A stretch of 63,864 nt of DNA, filler included, from Pelomyxa schiedti (taxonomy: Eukaryota; Protista; Evosea), in assembly GCA_020536535.1 (NCBI GenBank). It is 8 parts of 8 records of this genome, joined end to end, with 100 filler letters (N's around TTAATTAATTAA, not from the genome) between each part and the next. Parts side by side here need not be neighbours in the genome. Positions count along the whole stretch, not along the records: positions 8,763 to 27,909 come from JAHLWZ010001111.1; 7 more parts are not named here. One strand, written 5' to 3'. Positions 11,472 through 24,135 of this stretch are shown piece after piece (positions within the stretch are counted from its first letter, which is position 1; each line of letters starts with the position of its first letter). The notes under the pieces were generated by a model that worked only from the letters and a program-made list of their open reading frames with translations, did not search any database and was not told the DNA's origin. The translations under genes were made by a program, and so were the position numbers.

Positions 11472-12653
11472 TCAGGATCTCGACATCTCGAAGTGTTTGA
11501 AGATAATAGAAAATCTGGAAGGAAGAGGTTGACGCAACAACCAACGGCCTGTGTGGACATCACACAAATCAAGGTGTCTGTCCACTGGATCACAGAACAG
11601 GACAAACCCACACCCGAACTTGAACCTGGTGCCTGCCTTGACGTGGAACACCCTGCTCGGAGCCTCGAAGTCGCCGGTCGAGAACACCATGAGATCATCA
11701 GTGGAACTGTTGAACACTGCAAAGTGCCTCGAGTCCACCTTGTGTGGCTTGGACATGCACTCATGTATTGATTTGGGAGTTCGCGGGGTAAGAGCACTCA
11801 GCACGTATTGGTCATCAGTATTTCTAAGTGGCTTCCCAGAAGCCATGATCAGTGTGTCAGTTCCCGACAGCAGGACCATGCGCCTCACATTCCGTTTGTT
11901 GTATCCCTTGCACTTGCGTTTCACAACAAGCTGGCCTGTTTGGAACGTTTCCTGGAGGTCAACGCACCACACTTCAGCATGTCTGCCACACCGAACAGCA
12001 GCCATGACACCGTCATCTGACCTATCTTCATCCTGGAAGTCCACCCACACCAGAGTTTTCCGGAAAGGCATATCAATTGTAGATATCTTACCAATATCCC
12101 CAACAGGCCACAAAACCAGCTTATTGCCTCCACCCTTAACGTACATGATTGCCCACTTCAGACCCCTCTTGAACTTCCACTGCAACGCAAAAGTCGATGA
12201 CGGCAGCGCCCCCGGCAGTTGGCAGCCGTTTTCGATGTCGTAAAAGCACCACTTCGGGAAGTCCTCACACACCACGGCGCACTGACTCAGCCACCCGCTC
12301 ACAGTCATCATCGACCTCGGGATGCACAGCGTCCACAGGTCCACGACCCCGCCCGTGTGCGACACGCCCACGTTGGCGCACATCTGCACCTGGTCCTCGG
12401 CTCCGTACCTCACGTCGAAGTAATCGGGCCCCCGCACCGCGACGCTGAGCGCCACCCTCGCTTCCGTGCGCGTGACCCACCTGCCGCCTATTTCGCAGCG
12501 CAGGAGGGACTGGCTGAGCTGGCGCGACGGGCTCGCGGCGCCGCACCGTTTCGCGCACGAACCGACGCAAAGGGCGAACAGCTGGTCTCGTGCCCACAAG
12601 CCGTGTGTGGGTGGTGGGAATTCGGGCAGAGGCCCCTGTGTGTCTTCCGTCAT
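11472..12653 (-). CDS. Intronless QFxAL-RCG family protein, subfamily B
   Basis: ORF 11472..12707, likely ATG 12653; WARDQLFALCVGSCAKRCGAASPSRQL; paralog of 26420..27628. Confidence 0.85.
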   Translation of the reverse strand: MTEDTQGPLPEFPPPTHGLWARDQLFALCVGSCAKRCGAASPSRQLSQSLLRCEIGGRWVTRTEARVALSVAVRGPDYFDVRYGAEDQVQMCANVGVSHTGGVVDLWTLCIPRSMMTVSGWLSQCAVVCEDFPKWCFYDIENGCQLPGALPSSTFALQWKFKRGLKWAIMYVKGGGNKLVLWPVGDIGKISTIDMPFRKTLVWVDFQDEDRSDDGVMAAVRCGRHAEVWCVDLQETFQTGQLVVKRKCKGYNKRNVRRMVLLSGTDTLIMASGKPLRNTDDQYVLSALTPRTPKSIHECMSKPHKVDSRHFAVFNSSTDDLMVFSTGDFEAPSRVFHVKAGTRFKFGCGFVLFCDPVDRHLDLCDVHTGRWLLRQPLPSRFSIIFKHFEMSRS

Positions 12654-12703
12654 CAATCGCCCGTCCGTAGGAAGACGATGTTCAGAGAAAAATATCCAAT
12701 CAA

Positions 12704-15652
12704 TCAAACCATCGTCTGGGCAATAGTGGTGAGAGCTTGGGAGGCAGACATTCGGTGAGGCTGCGAGTTGTGCATCATTGCAGCGAGCACATCACACAGA
12801 CACTGAACCTTGGGGTCTGTGTGATTATTAGTAGGTGCTGTTGCGGCTGTTGTGCTCGATGTTGGTGGGGGTGTGGTTGCAAATGGCTGGGGCAGCGGGA
12901 ATGACGCAAAGAGTGCCTCTGGTGTGAATTCATGCATGCTTCCGTTGAGTGTGCTGCCTATGAACTTGGTTTTGGGGTGGTCCGGAGTTGGTTCCGGGAG
13001 CAGGGAGTCATAGAATGTCACCGCCAGGGAGAAGGAATCACACTTGGAGTACGAGAATGACTTGGCTCTTCCGCCGGTATTGGCAAAGGACATAACTTCC
13101 GGCGGAATTGTGCCGAGGTTTCCCCAGGTGTCGCCGGTTGGTGATATAACATAGCTGAGGTTTCCTTCGCCGTCCGTAATGCAGTCCTGGGCGCATCCGA
13201 AGTCAATCAGAGTTAACCTTCTGGTTGCCGGGTCGACGAGAATGTTATCTTGCTTTATGTCTCTGTGAAAGGAATCAATACCGCGGTAGAAATGAGAATT
13301 CATTGCATACCTGTGCACGATCGAATTGGTCTCAATGTGGTGAACAGCTTTGAGAGCTTGATTAAAAATATCCAGTGTGATGCTAACCTTCTCGGAGGGT
13401 TTCAATGAGCATAAATACGATGACAAGTGAATCCCTCCATATGGCATGAGAAAAACAAAGGATTTATTATCTCTGGCCCACTGAATGTACACTTCTTTAT
13501 CCGGCGGAATCAGCGCCAGGAACTCCTTGGGCAACCTTTGAAGCAGTAAGTATTTATTATTATTGCTAAATATCCCATCCTATGTTGCTCACTTTGGGGT
13601 TACAAAAGCACCAAGGGGATGAATTACATTCGGGTGATGAGGAATCAAAGCCAGATTATGGCACTCTGTCATGTATTTGTTCCTCAGCTGAGTTTGACCA
13701 GAAATGCCTTCCATGTTGAACTGAAGTTTCATGACCATCATCTGCTGTGGCGATGCGTTGTTGCCGCAAAATTGAACTTTGAATGCAGCCCCATATGAGC
13801 CTGTTCCAAGTATTTCTTTCGCAGTGAACTTTGACATGTCTGCGGAAATTAAAGAGGTCATTGTGCTGACTGTTTGCTTGTTGTTTGTCAGAAAGAGTTG
13901 TCTTACGAATGCTCAAACCTTGTATTGTATCGCTTCTGCTTCCAAGTTCTTCTTGAAAGCCTCGCCTTCTGCCAGAAGAGATTGAAGACGACGATTCTCC
14001 TTCTTTAACTAATATAAAGTGGTAAGGTTGGAAAGTAAAGTAAACTGTTGCAAACCTGCTCAATACGTTCTTTAATTGTTAGAATTATCATTTCAATTTC
14101 CTGTTCTTCTTTGGGGAATTCATGTGTCGATTCAGTGAAGGTGAGAATATCCCCGAGTTCCTTCTTCAGCAGGGAAATGAATTTGGAAATAGTTGTTGGT
14201 TGTTGAGGGGTCCCAGATTTCATCTAAGTTGGAAATGATATCCGTGAAAGGAAGAATGTGTTACATACTTTTTCCTGCAGTTTTTCTCGAATTTCGTCAC
14301 TCTCACAGACACTCAGTGCAGTCTCTCCTACTTTATTCTGTGGAGACTTCAGAATGCCACCAGGGATTTGGGATCAAAGTACCTGCAGGTTCAAGTCCAC
14401 TGACTTATGCTGAAGAAGAAGATCAGCAATTGCCGTAAATCCATTCCGGCATGCAAGGTGTAAAGGAGTCTTCAATGTTGTAAATAAGGCGTCACAATTG
14501 AATTAAAACGCACATCTCCCTGTTTTAAAATGTAAAGAGGTGTTGGCAGGAGACAATATTAACGCACTGCCTGGAGTATCAAATGAAAATGTGTACCGAA
14601 TGTTAGTGAAAAGTGTAGTTGTCGAGTTTAGCTTCAATACCTCCTGTTTAACTTATCAGTAAATAATAGAAAGAAGACAATTCCCGACAAGCTGGAGTGT
14701 TTCAAAATCAATTCAATAAAGTATAATAAGGTCACCAGTAGAAGGAAGAGGTGTGAGAAATAAGATAATGTAAATCAATTCTTTCCTTCTGCATTTCAGG
14801 GAGAAAAAACCGGGATGAAAAAGAAAAAGTGAGAAGGAACATACAATCTGGAGAAAACCAAACCGTGGGACAAAGTAACTATGAGAGGAAAAAAGGGGAA
14901 GAAGTTGACATTTGCACATACAATCTGAAATCAAGTCAGTTGTGTTGGAGATACAGTAGATACCTTCTGTTGTTGGCCAAATTATATTTCCACGAGATTG
15001 AGTCCAGTAAAAAGGTCACTAAGAAAAAAAAAACAGGATGAGTTCACAGACCTCCTAAGAAAATTGGTGACTCACATATAGTTAATCCAATACACACGTA
15101 CATTCTGTGAAAGAATGCCAAGGGATGATGGGGTTCACGTTTAAGAAAAAAAAAAGAATGAGGAGTAGAAAGAAAAGATTCTGCATACAGTCTGATACAG
15201 AGAGGTAAGGTAAGAGTGAAGGAATGACAACAAGATCATATAATGAGTACCTGAGCATTCACTGAAGCCCCTCTGAGCAAAAGAAGTTCCACACATTTTG
15301 TTCTCCCCGTCGCACATGCGAAATGCAAAGCAGTCTAAAGTGTCAATATTAACATGCATCCACAGTAACCGAAAACAAATAAAACAAAGTCGATCCCCCA
15401 ATTGTTTCCTTTCCCCGCATGCAGAGACATAGAGGGATTATGGGACGACCCGTCCACCACACGCACCGCCATTGTCCTGTACGACGCCACCGCGTCGACG
15501 CAGCCCCGTCCCTCCCTTATCATCTTTTCCAGTGTCTCTACGTCGCCGTGCCCCGCCGCGCTGAAAAACGACGGCGGCCCAGTCTGAACTCCTGGGGCTC
15601 CGTACTTCACTGGCCTCGACGTCGCGTGTGCCAACAAATCAACACCGTCCAT
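12704..15652 (-). CDS. Ankyrin-repeat Ser/Thr protein kinase (multi-exon; kinase has PINK1-like traits)
   Basis: Ankyrin exons FFSAAGHGDVETL, TALHFACATGRTKCVELLLLRGASVN and TPLHLACRNGFTAIADLLL. Kinase motifs LGTGSYG, VMK, HPNVI, HR|DIKQDNIL (split by an intron), DFG, GTIPPE, KCDSFSLA. Confidence 0.85.
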
Positions 15653-15741
15653 TCGATTCCACGTTAATTATGGGGCGAAGAGAGTTCTGTGAACAAGTTT
15701 TTTTGATGGTGAAAGAAACAGGGGTATTTTTTTTTGTTGTT

Positions 15742-18700
15742 TTAGTTATCAGCGGCCTTGCAGAGGTTGGTTAGTTGCAGGATTGATATGTCCTTGACAT
15801 TGTTGAGCTTCACAATTCCATCCTTCTCAAACCCACCAATCAAGGTTCCATACTTGCCCCTGTGCTCACCCCTAGTCACACACACCTTGTCATGCTTCAC
15901 TGGAACCATAGGCTCAACCTGCCAGTTGTTCACTTCCACTGGTCCGCCCCCAGCCAATCCAACAATGGTGCACATGGATGAACCGGGCCCCATCGATACT
16001 ATCTTGTATCCGGCCCCAGCGTAGGACACAATGAGGCCCGGCATGATCCAGTCATCAGATGGGGCTGTGGTTGGTGGCATCATTGGAGTTGCGGGGGTTG
16101 CCGGATTCCATTGTGTATCTGGCGTTGGTGGTGGTTGCTGCTGTTGCGGCGTGGATGGGATTGGTGTGCGGGCCTGTGCGTTCTGCGGAATTTGTTGCTG
16201 CTGAGGGGTGTATATCATGCCGGGGGTTTGTTGTTGCGGTGTGAGGGGGTATTGCGATGATGATGTGGTTGTTGCGGGTGTGTTGACGGAATAGGATTGC
16301 GGGTTCGGAGAGAAGTAGGGTGTGTAGACACCTGGGGTGGATGCCTGTTGCGGCTGAGGTGTGTACACGTCTGATGGGGGGTAGTGGTGGGGTGTGAAGG
16401 GTGCGGTTTCTTCATACTGGGTTTGAGCCGGTGTGTGTACAGGCTGGGTGATTGGGGTGGACACATGCGGTGTTGAAGGGTTGTGGTGGGACATGTCAAT
16501 CCCGGGTGTTTGCGGCAACTCTGAATATGCTGCTGGAGTGTAGGGGAAAGAGGATGATGGTGTTTGGACAGTGGGGATGTTGGATGACAGTGCTGGGGTG
16601 CTGGGAGTGTTGGAGCTAGGAGTGTACGGTGCATTTGCGGGTGTAGGAATGGGAGTATTGACCGCAAAACTGGAGCTGCTTGAATAGCTCTGTGTGTCCT
16701 GCTCCTCGGCCCCCCATGATTTACCTTGGTCTGTCCAAGGTGATTCGGGTGCGTGGGCAGGTGTATTTGGATTGGCTGCGTTCCAAGGATCTCGGGATGG
16801 AGTCACAGGTGGATGTGACGGGGTTCGTGACGGCGTTCTGGACGGCGTGTTCCGGTAATCAGTATCAGGAGGATGCGCGGAAGAAGCCCCTGTCCAGGAG
16901 TTAATTCTGGGAATAGAATTAAGGGAAAATAATACAGTCATCTGACGCTTGAGGCAGAGGTACAGAGGGAGTTTTGAACAAGTCATCAGCGTCAACTGCA
17001 GAACTATCAGGAACAGTGACCTGCACAAATGTTAGACTCACGAAAAGAAATCAAAATGAACCTTTTTGCCATTAGTGAGAAGTTCTACTCGAATTGGGTC
17101 ATCAGTTATTTTACTTCGCAAAATTCCCTTGTAACCCTTCCACGGTCCTTTTGTTATGCGCACGGTTGAGCCAAATGACAGTCTTGGGGGTGGTGCCCCA
17201 CCACCATCAGATTCTCCCCTCCCTCTTCCCCGCCCAAAGCCTCCTCGCTCCGCACCACGGCCTCTGTCAGAACTTCCACGTCCTCTTCCAAAAGCAGGCC
17301 CTTGATAGGGCTTTGCTCCTCCCACAATTAGCAAGGTGTTTGCTTTAGCAACGAAATTGCCACAATTTTCGTTGAAGTCCCGAGCGTTAAGGAAGCAAAA
17401 GAATCGGAAGATGTGCCTAACCCGTGCTTGTCTGCCTTTTTGTGGTCCGTCAATAACCTGGAGGATGGTGAATGGAAATCTCAAATGAATATAATACTTA
17501 CTTGGACTAGGTCTCCAACAGAAACGGAGTTACTGCGTGAGTCCATACACATTTCGTTCTTGGGATTCCCTCGTTTATGACCCATGCTTTGTAGAGGAAT
17601 GACTTTGATCTGTCCCAAGTTGTCAAGAATTCTGAAAGAATGTCCTTCAATCTTGATGATCATCCCGACTTGTTGTGGAGAAAGTTGCACCAAATCGAAT
17701 AGCTGATATGTTCCTAATTCCTGCTTCCCACTAGTGCCAACATCACTGCTTTCATGAATATCACTTGTAAGAACGGTGAGCTCTTGGTGCGAGATATCAC
17801 TCAGAATTGTTGTTGTATTGCCATTAACATGAACAATCAATCCTGTTTCTCCTTCATGCCTGCCATTCAGAACTTTGACATGGTCGCCACACTTGCAGAA
17901 GTTAAATGGGAAACAGAAAAGCCAAGTTCTACCTTGAATACTTTCAGCAAGTCGTCTGGTTCAAACTGCAGGTTCATAACGGTTTCATTGGCGCGGGCCT
18001 GCACATTAACTTTGCCGTCATCACCAACACTAGTCACAGTGGCGATCATGTCTTTAAGTTCTGCTGTTTGAATGCAAACAGAGTCTCCCTGAAAGCATGT
18101 AAGAAGGCTGGTGAAATAGTATGAATATAAACCTTGGTGAATATTGTGGAAAATTTCTGTGATCTAGCACGGTTAAGAGCAGCTGTGTCAATAGAGTCAT
18201 CTTGCTTCATAAATCTGCGTATTTCATCCAACGTGGGATTCACATTGTGCAACTCAACACCTTGGGATGCGATGGTTTTGATAAGGTAACCATCTTGGAA
18301 CCGAGAGCCACGTAAAAGAACATAGTCACCATGTGCATCCGTCTGCAGACTGTTACATTCCACTTGTTTAGTGAAACTTACTTTGTGTTGAAGATCATTT
18401 CCTAGTCCATCAAACTCAGAAGGGTTGAAAAAACGAGCAGGAATAAGCTTCCTCATCACACCAGGCCTGGTTGGAGGTTTTCTTCCCCTACCCGCACCTG
18501 AAGAAGTCGGAAGAACTTCCCCCTTGTTGTGTTTGTGAGGTGAAATTTTTACTTTTATAATGACTTACTTCTTCCGTAGCCGCACCAGATTTCAGGGCTG
18601 CAACATCCAACCTGGGTACAAGTCTTACAGTAATCCGTGCCCGTGCTTCGTCAACTTCAACAACTTGGGCCAAATCGCCCTTGTACAGGCCTCTCTTGAC

Positions 18701-19893
18701 TCTTGCCCAGTCATTTGGTTGAGGTGGTGCCGGAGGTGGAGTACTGGCAAGAACATCAGCCATCTCCTTGATTGGAACAAGCTTCAACTTTTGCTGAAAT
18801 ATTTGCCTGTTGGGTCGAGAGTGAGTATTCAAAAACCTTGGAAGGCTATTACCTGAGTCCAGAAATAGCATGTCTTGCGTCCTGCTCTCGATCTGCTTCA
18901 ATATAAAAGTATCCCTTTAGATTTTCATTCACTACTGCAGCATTTGCACATATAGGTTGCTGTTGTATTTGTTCTTCACCCTCCCCGGGAATTGCATTTG
19001 TATTGCAGCAATTCTCGAAAAATCGCCGCATGAGACCTACAACCGATTCAAGTTCCTTGCTTGGCCTACATCTTACTGCCCACATCTTGGGATCATAAAC
19101 GGAAGGAAGCTGCCTCCTAGTTATCGAATCTGTGGAAATACCAATTCATGAGGAAGATTTCTCTGAAGGGAAATAGTACCATCTTGAATATCATTCTCAT
19201 AGTACGAAGTATTTCTTTGTTCTATTCCACTCACAATTGCAGCCACATCGTTCCCCTGGGCCAAATCTCTGTGCAGACCGTACTCTTGTGAACTCCGGCG
19301 CACACCACCAGCCTCCCCAACCCTTCCTCCGCGACCACTCGGCCTTCTTGGAGGTAAAGATATTCCAGTTGCTCCTTCCTCCAACTCGATTTCATTATCA
19401 TTGGCAATAAAGCCACTGTCATCATCAAGTCCATCGTCCTCTTCTTCTGCAGAACTTTCCTGTTGCAATTAGTTCCACTTGGCATTTCAAGCCAATAAAA
19501 AACAACTTTTTTATACATATATATAAATATAAAAAAAAAAAGAGAAGGAAAACCAGCCTATTGTTAAAAGGAGCATGTTTTATTAAAACCAATAAAAAAA
19601 ACCAACATAATAGGAAAAAAATTGCAAGTAGCAGGCCAATAAATACACCCAGACACACACACAGATACCTCAGCCATTGTGTCAAGGTAGAACTCTGCGC
19701 CGACGGGTGCCGATGACCCCGAACCACCCCCGCCTGATTTCCCCCCCTTGCGCCGTCGCTTGCCCCCCCCGCCCCCGCCCCGCGACGACGTACCGCGCTT
19801 TGAGCGGTGCGACGACGCTGTGTCTTCGTAGTCCTCGTCGTCATCGTCGTCTCCTTGCTCCGCCGCGTCATCATCGTAGTCGTCGTCCGCCAT
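15742..19893 (-). CDS. SPT5: Transcription elongation factor SPT5 (multi-exon)
   Basis: Acidic N-terminus; NGN domain (MWAVRCRPSKE...LKGYFYIEA); KOW motifs (WARVKRGLYKGDLAQV, GPQKGRQARVRHI, VRITKGPWKGYKG); TP-rich C-terminal repeats; terminal KOW (KVCVTRGEHRGKYGTLIG). Confidence 0.95.
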
Positions 19894-19918
19894 GTCACAA
19901 CTTGTTGCCTGTTTTCGT

Positions 19919-21179
19919 TTATTTTTTTTTTTTTAGGGAGTCCGATCTGAATGCCTCAGCCATGTCATGAGGTGATGTCACACCAGGAAAACATACATGG
20001 AAAAACCTGTGGATACAACACAAGGTAACCCCACAAAAGGGTGTGAGCAAAGTGAACCACTTTTGTGTGGGATTCCTATAGCTGAGGAGGTGCATGGAAG
20101 GCAAAAGAAGGTACAGGGAGGTGTGCAATTGGGTGAAGAAGTTTTGATTACTTTTTTGTTGCACCTATGTGTTTAGACATTCAGGATGATCAAAGAGTTC
20201 AGGAAGAATTGAACCAAAAGGCAGTGACGAACAAGCAGGAGTGATGTTGTGGCCTTGTCTGGAGCACCTTCAACATGTCCAAGTATTTCTAGGAATTGAT
20301 TCTGTAGTTCTGATTCAGAGAATGCACCCTCACACTGTGTTGCTTGTGGTTGTGTATTTGCAGTTGTTGGTGTTGCACTTGGTGGAGAATCATCTGTTGT
20401 GGTTGAGGTAGTGTTGGTTGTTGGGTGTGATGGGTCAAGGGTCTGTTGCAGAAGGGGAAAGAACACATCAGAGTTGATGATTGAGGGGGAACATAATTCT
20501 GGGCAAACTACTGGAAGGAGGCAGGCAATTAATAATGTGGCTCTGTTTTATGTTTAGTTTTGTAAATATCTCGGCAAGTGGAAACTTACACTTGATCATC
20601 CTTGTGCACAACAATGTCATCCTTGGCTGCAACAACAAGGGCGGCCCTCACTGTTTCAGGGTTGGCATCCCACAATCTTTTATATTCAGCAAGCTTGCTG
20701 GTGCGGTCCGCACTACTGCGCTACCATAAGTGAAAATGAAATCATTAAGACAATGAAATCATAATAACAAAATCATCCCAGATGGAGATTTCAAAAAAGA
20801 AATCAAACCACTCGTTGGCCAGTGACGAGGGCGAGTCCTCCTCTCCCATAATCAGCAGGCTCCTTAGCGCTTCAAGAGACTCCTCACTCTCAGTCCTCAG
20901 CTTGGTCATGTACGATTCGAACTGCCCCGACATGAGGCCCTCCACCACCTCGCTCCCGATTATGGGACTCTCCTGCTCCTCACTCCCGCCATCGCCCTCG
21001 TCTTCGCCCAAGTCCCGTGCTCCATCAAACACTGTTGAAGCGGCAGTGTGGTCAGCTGACGCGGCGTTCCCATAATTTGGGGTCGCCTCGCCTTCGCTCG
21101 TGGTGCCACCAGTGACAGCACTCCCCTGCGCCGCACCAAAGTCCGTGGTGCGGGGTTCCTCCCCTTCTGTGCTGCGCAT
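19919..21179 (-). CDS. Hypothetical multi-exon protein with acidic N-terminus
   Basis: ORF segments 21179-20810, ~20720-20590, 20466-20173 and 20164-19919 can be linked by GT-AG introns; no recognisable domain; 3' end uncertain. Confidence 0.5.
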
Positions 21180-21221
21180 CAGTTGGTTTTCTCAGAAACA
21201 ATCACCTGTAAACGAAAAACG

Positions 21222-23973
21222 ATGAGGAGACGCACGCGAATAGACCAAACGGTGTGGACGTTGGCCACAACTGACATTGAGAATGACACTCACTCCCCTG
21301 ATGCCGACACTACTGCTGCCTCTGTCACGCCACCCTCGTCCCATAATCGCCCTCGGTGGCGGTACGGACACACCCTTACAAGAGTTCCGCCGCCAACGTG
21401 CGACGCGTTCGTTAACCCGGGGGCACTTACGACGCCTGTTCAGGCAGCGCCCCCTGGTTCCCCGATGGCAATGCCCCTGCGGGAATCCGATTATGGGAGC
21501 CACGGCATTCTGTTTGGTGGGGCTTTTGTGGAAGACGGCGAGGGCGGTGATGGGGGGATACAGTTCTTATCTGATGTGTGGGTGATGAGGCCCGAGGGCA
21601 GTTATGGGAGAGCCGGCGGATACTGGGATGAGATTTCGACAACCGGCGCTCCGGACAGTATGTCAGTTGCAACTTTTTAAGAAATCCCTATCGTTTTTGC
21701 TATCTGACTGTTTGTTAAATAGAGGGTTTGGGGAGGAGCCATCACTCAGCAGTATATTCACGAAGTTGTGACTCTCTGTTTATCTTTGGTGGGCGCAACA
21801 TGTGTGTAAAGTACGTTTACCTCTAAGCACTCAGTTACCTAGGTTCATACGGAATGACTTGTGGCAACTTTCTTTAGCCAGCAACTCTTGGAAACTCTTG
21901 TCACCACAAGGATTTGAGAGTGAAACTTCTCCCAATGTAGATTTACACGAGAAACATACTCTCATTTCTTACAATTTGCAGATGCGGTATGGACATTCTG
22001 CCGTTCTTTTCAATGAGACAATCTTTATTTTTGGAGGATATGATTGCAATGGGTATGCAGCAGACACTTTTTCCGTGACTGATTGACGGCAGAATGGCGA
22101 GACATGATGTATATGCGTTCTCCACACAATCGAAGTCATGGGTAACAGTTGTAGTACGTGGCGAAATCCCTCCGCGGTTTGTATCTACTGGATCTTGTAC
22201 TGTAACTTATGTGGGCATCACAGATACTTCCATTCAGCTTGCGAGTTTAAAGGAAGTATGTATGTATTTGGTGGTCTGTCAGCCAATACTCGAGATCCCG
22301 TGGACAACCACCTGTGGCAATTGAATTTGGAAACCTTGCAATGGTCTGCCATTACCGTCACTGGCGATGTACCTGCATCAAGGTAACAGCTACTTTTCCC
22401 AGATTTCTTCCCAACAATAAAAAAGGTGGGCGTCCTCCCATGCCATTGATGACGGGTGTGGACAATTCATTGTATTTGGAGGGAAGTTTCCACTCACAGG
22501 AAAACCAAAAGTAAAGAACTCAGCCGCAGCAGCAATATACACACTCAACCTACAAAGCAAAGTATGGACAGCACAATCCCCTAAGTATTCTGGCTCTCTT
22601 TTCCGGGAACATTCTTTTGGTGCTGCTTGCATTTTCCGGTTACTAAACCATGAAATACATTTGTTTCACACGCACACACAGAGATTACCTCTATATCACT
22701 GGAGGGCAAATATTCACTGCTGAAGGTGCAACTAGTTCAGTCAAATGCATAATGCTGGTTGCTGTAAAGCAAGATCCAATGCAAGTCAACATTATCCCCG
22801 ACGACGTATTGTACCATATCTTTTCATTTTTGGGCAGTCCTGTTTACTTGGCTTTGTATGGGCTTTTCTCTGCCCACTCTGCTTCAACTGTAACAATTCC
22901 ACTAGGAGCGGTGCAGTGTGCAAGCAATGGTACAGGGTCACTTGCCTTAATGATGATTTGTGGGTACCATTTAGCAGAGGGCTGCCAGAAGCTTCCTTGG
23001 ATACACCCTCAGCCCGTTCTAAGGTATGTTGGCCAATGAACCAGTCCAAATTAACTCAAAGTAAGGTGATCTTTTGGAAAACCTCTGTGCACAACAATAA
23101 AAACAAAATCGCCTCTGGTTTCCAATCGATCAAGCTTGTGATTGTGGGAAATGGAGCTGTTGGGAAAACTTGTGCCATGTTGACATACTTAAGCCAATCA
23201 TTCCCGTCGTACTATTTTTCAATTATTTTTTTTACTGAATTGGACCCAACAATGCTCCAGGGAGTACATTCCGACATGCGGGTTTGATAACCCTTCATGT
23301 AATATCAGAGTTGAAAACGGAAATTTTAATGTGAATATATGGGACACTGTACGATCCACTAAACTTCCACGATGCCCATAATTACACATTTTAGGCTGGC
23401 CAGGAAGAATATGACCGATTGCGACCATTATCGTTTCTTGCCCTCTTTTTTTAATTTTATTTTCTCATTTGTTCTCAGTTACCCACAAACTGATATATTT
23501 ATCATAATGTTCTCGGTTGAAAACCGCGCAAGTATGAACAATGTGGTGAGCCCAAATCCCATGTTAATCATAAACACTTAACAAACCCTAAATCAGGAGG
23601 AAAAATGGATCCCAGAGGTACAAAGACATGTACCTAAGGCCCCGATTTTACTTGTAGCTTCTAAAATGTACAGTCCACTTTCTTTCTTTTGGACTCACTC
23701 TTTAAGTGATTTGAGGAGTGATGCCACTAAGAATTGCATCAGTCCTGCGGAAGTTGAGGCTCTCTCACGGTATGGAACAAATTTCTGTTTCCATGGCAAA
23801 ATTTAACAGCAATTGTTCACTACAGGAAGCTTAAATTGCCCTACTGTGAAATATCTTCACTGAAATCATACGCATCACTGCAGGTCATGATGGAAACAGC
23901 AGTCAGGTGTTGTCTCTCGACATATTTTCCAGTCAAAAACCGGGTTACTCCCGACAAGTGCTCTCTCCAATGA
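21222..23973 (+). CDS. Kelch-repeat / F-box / Rho GTPase fusion with C-terminal CaaX (multi-exon)
   Basis: Six Kelch-type blades (RYGHTL..FGG, RSHHSAV..FGG, RYGHSAV..FGG, YFHSAC..FGG, ..IVFGG, ..ITGG). F-box IPDDVLYHIFSFL...VCKQWYRV..DDLW. Rho motifs KLVIVGNGAVGKT, EYIPT, WDT|[13 protein letters not shown]|YPQTD, KWIPEV. Ends DKCSLQ*. Confidence 0.88.
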
Positions 23974-24135
23974 AGTTCCGCAGCCGGGAGACGAAACCGT
24001 GTGTCAATTCAGGTTAAATGGGGAGGGTGATTATGATCGTCCTCTCCACTGAAATGAATGTAAATTCATTTTCGAAAATTTCGTGCCGTGTTGTCGACCA
24101 TGAAGGTGAGGGAATCAGGCTTTATTATTTGCAGC

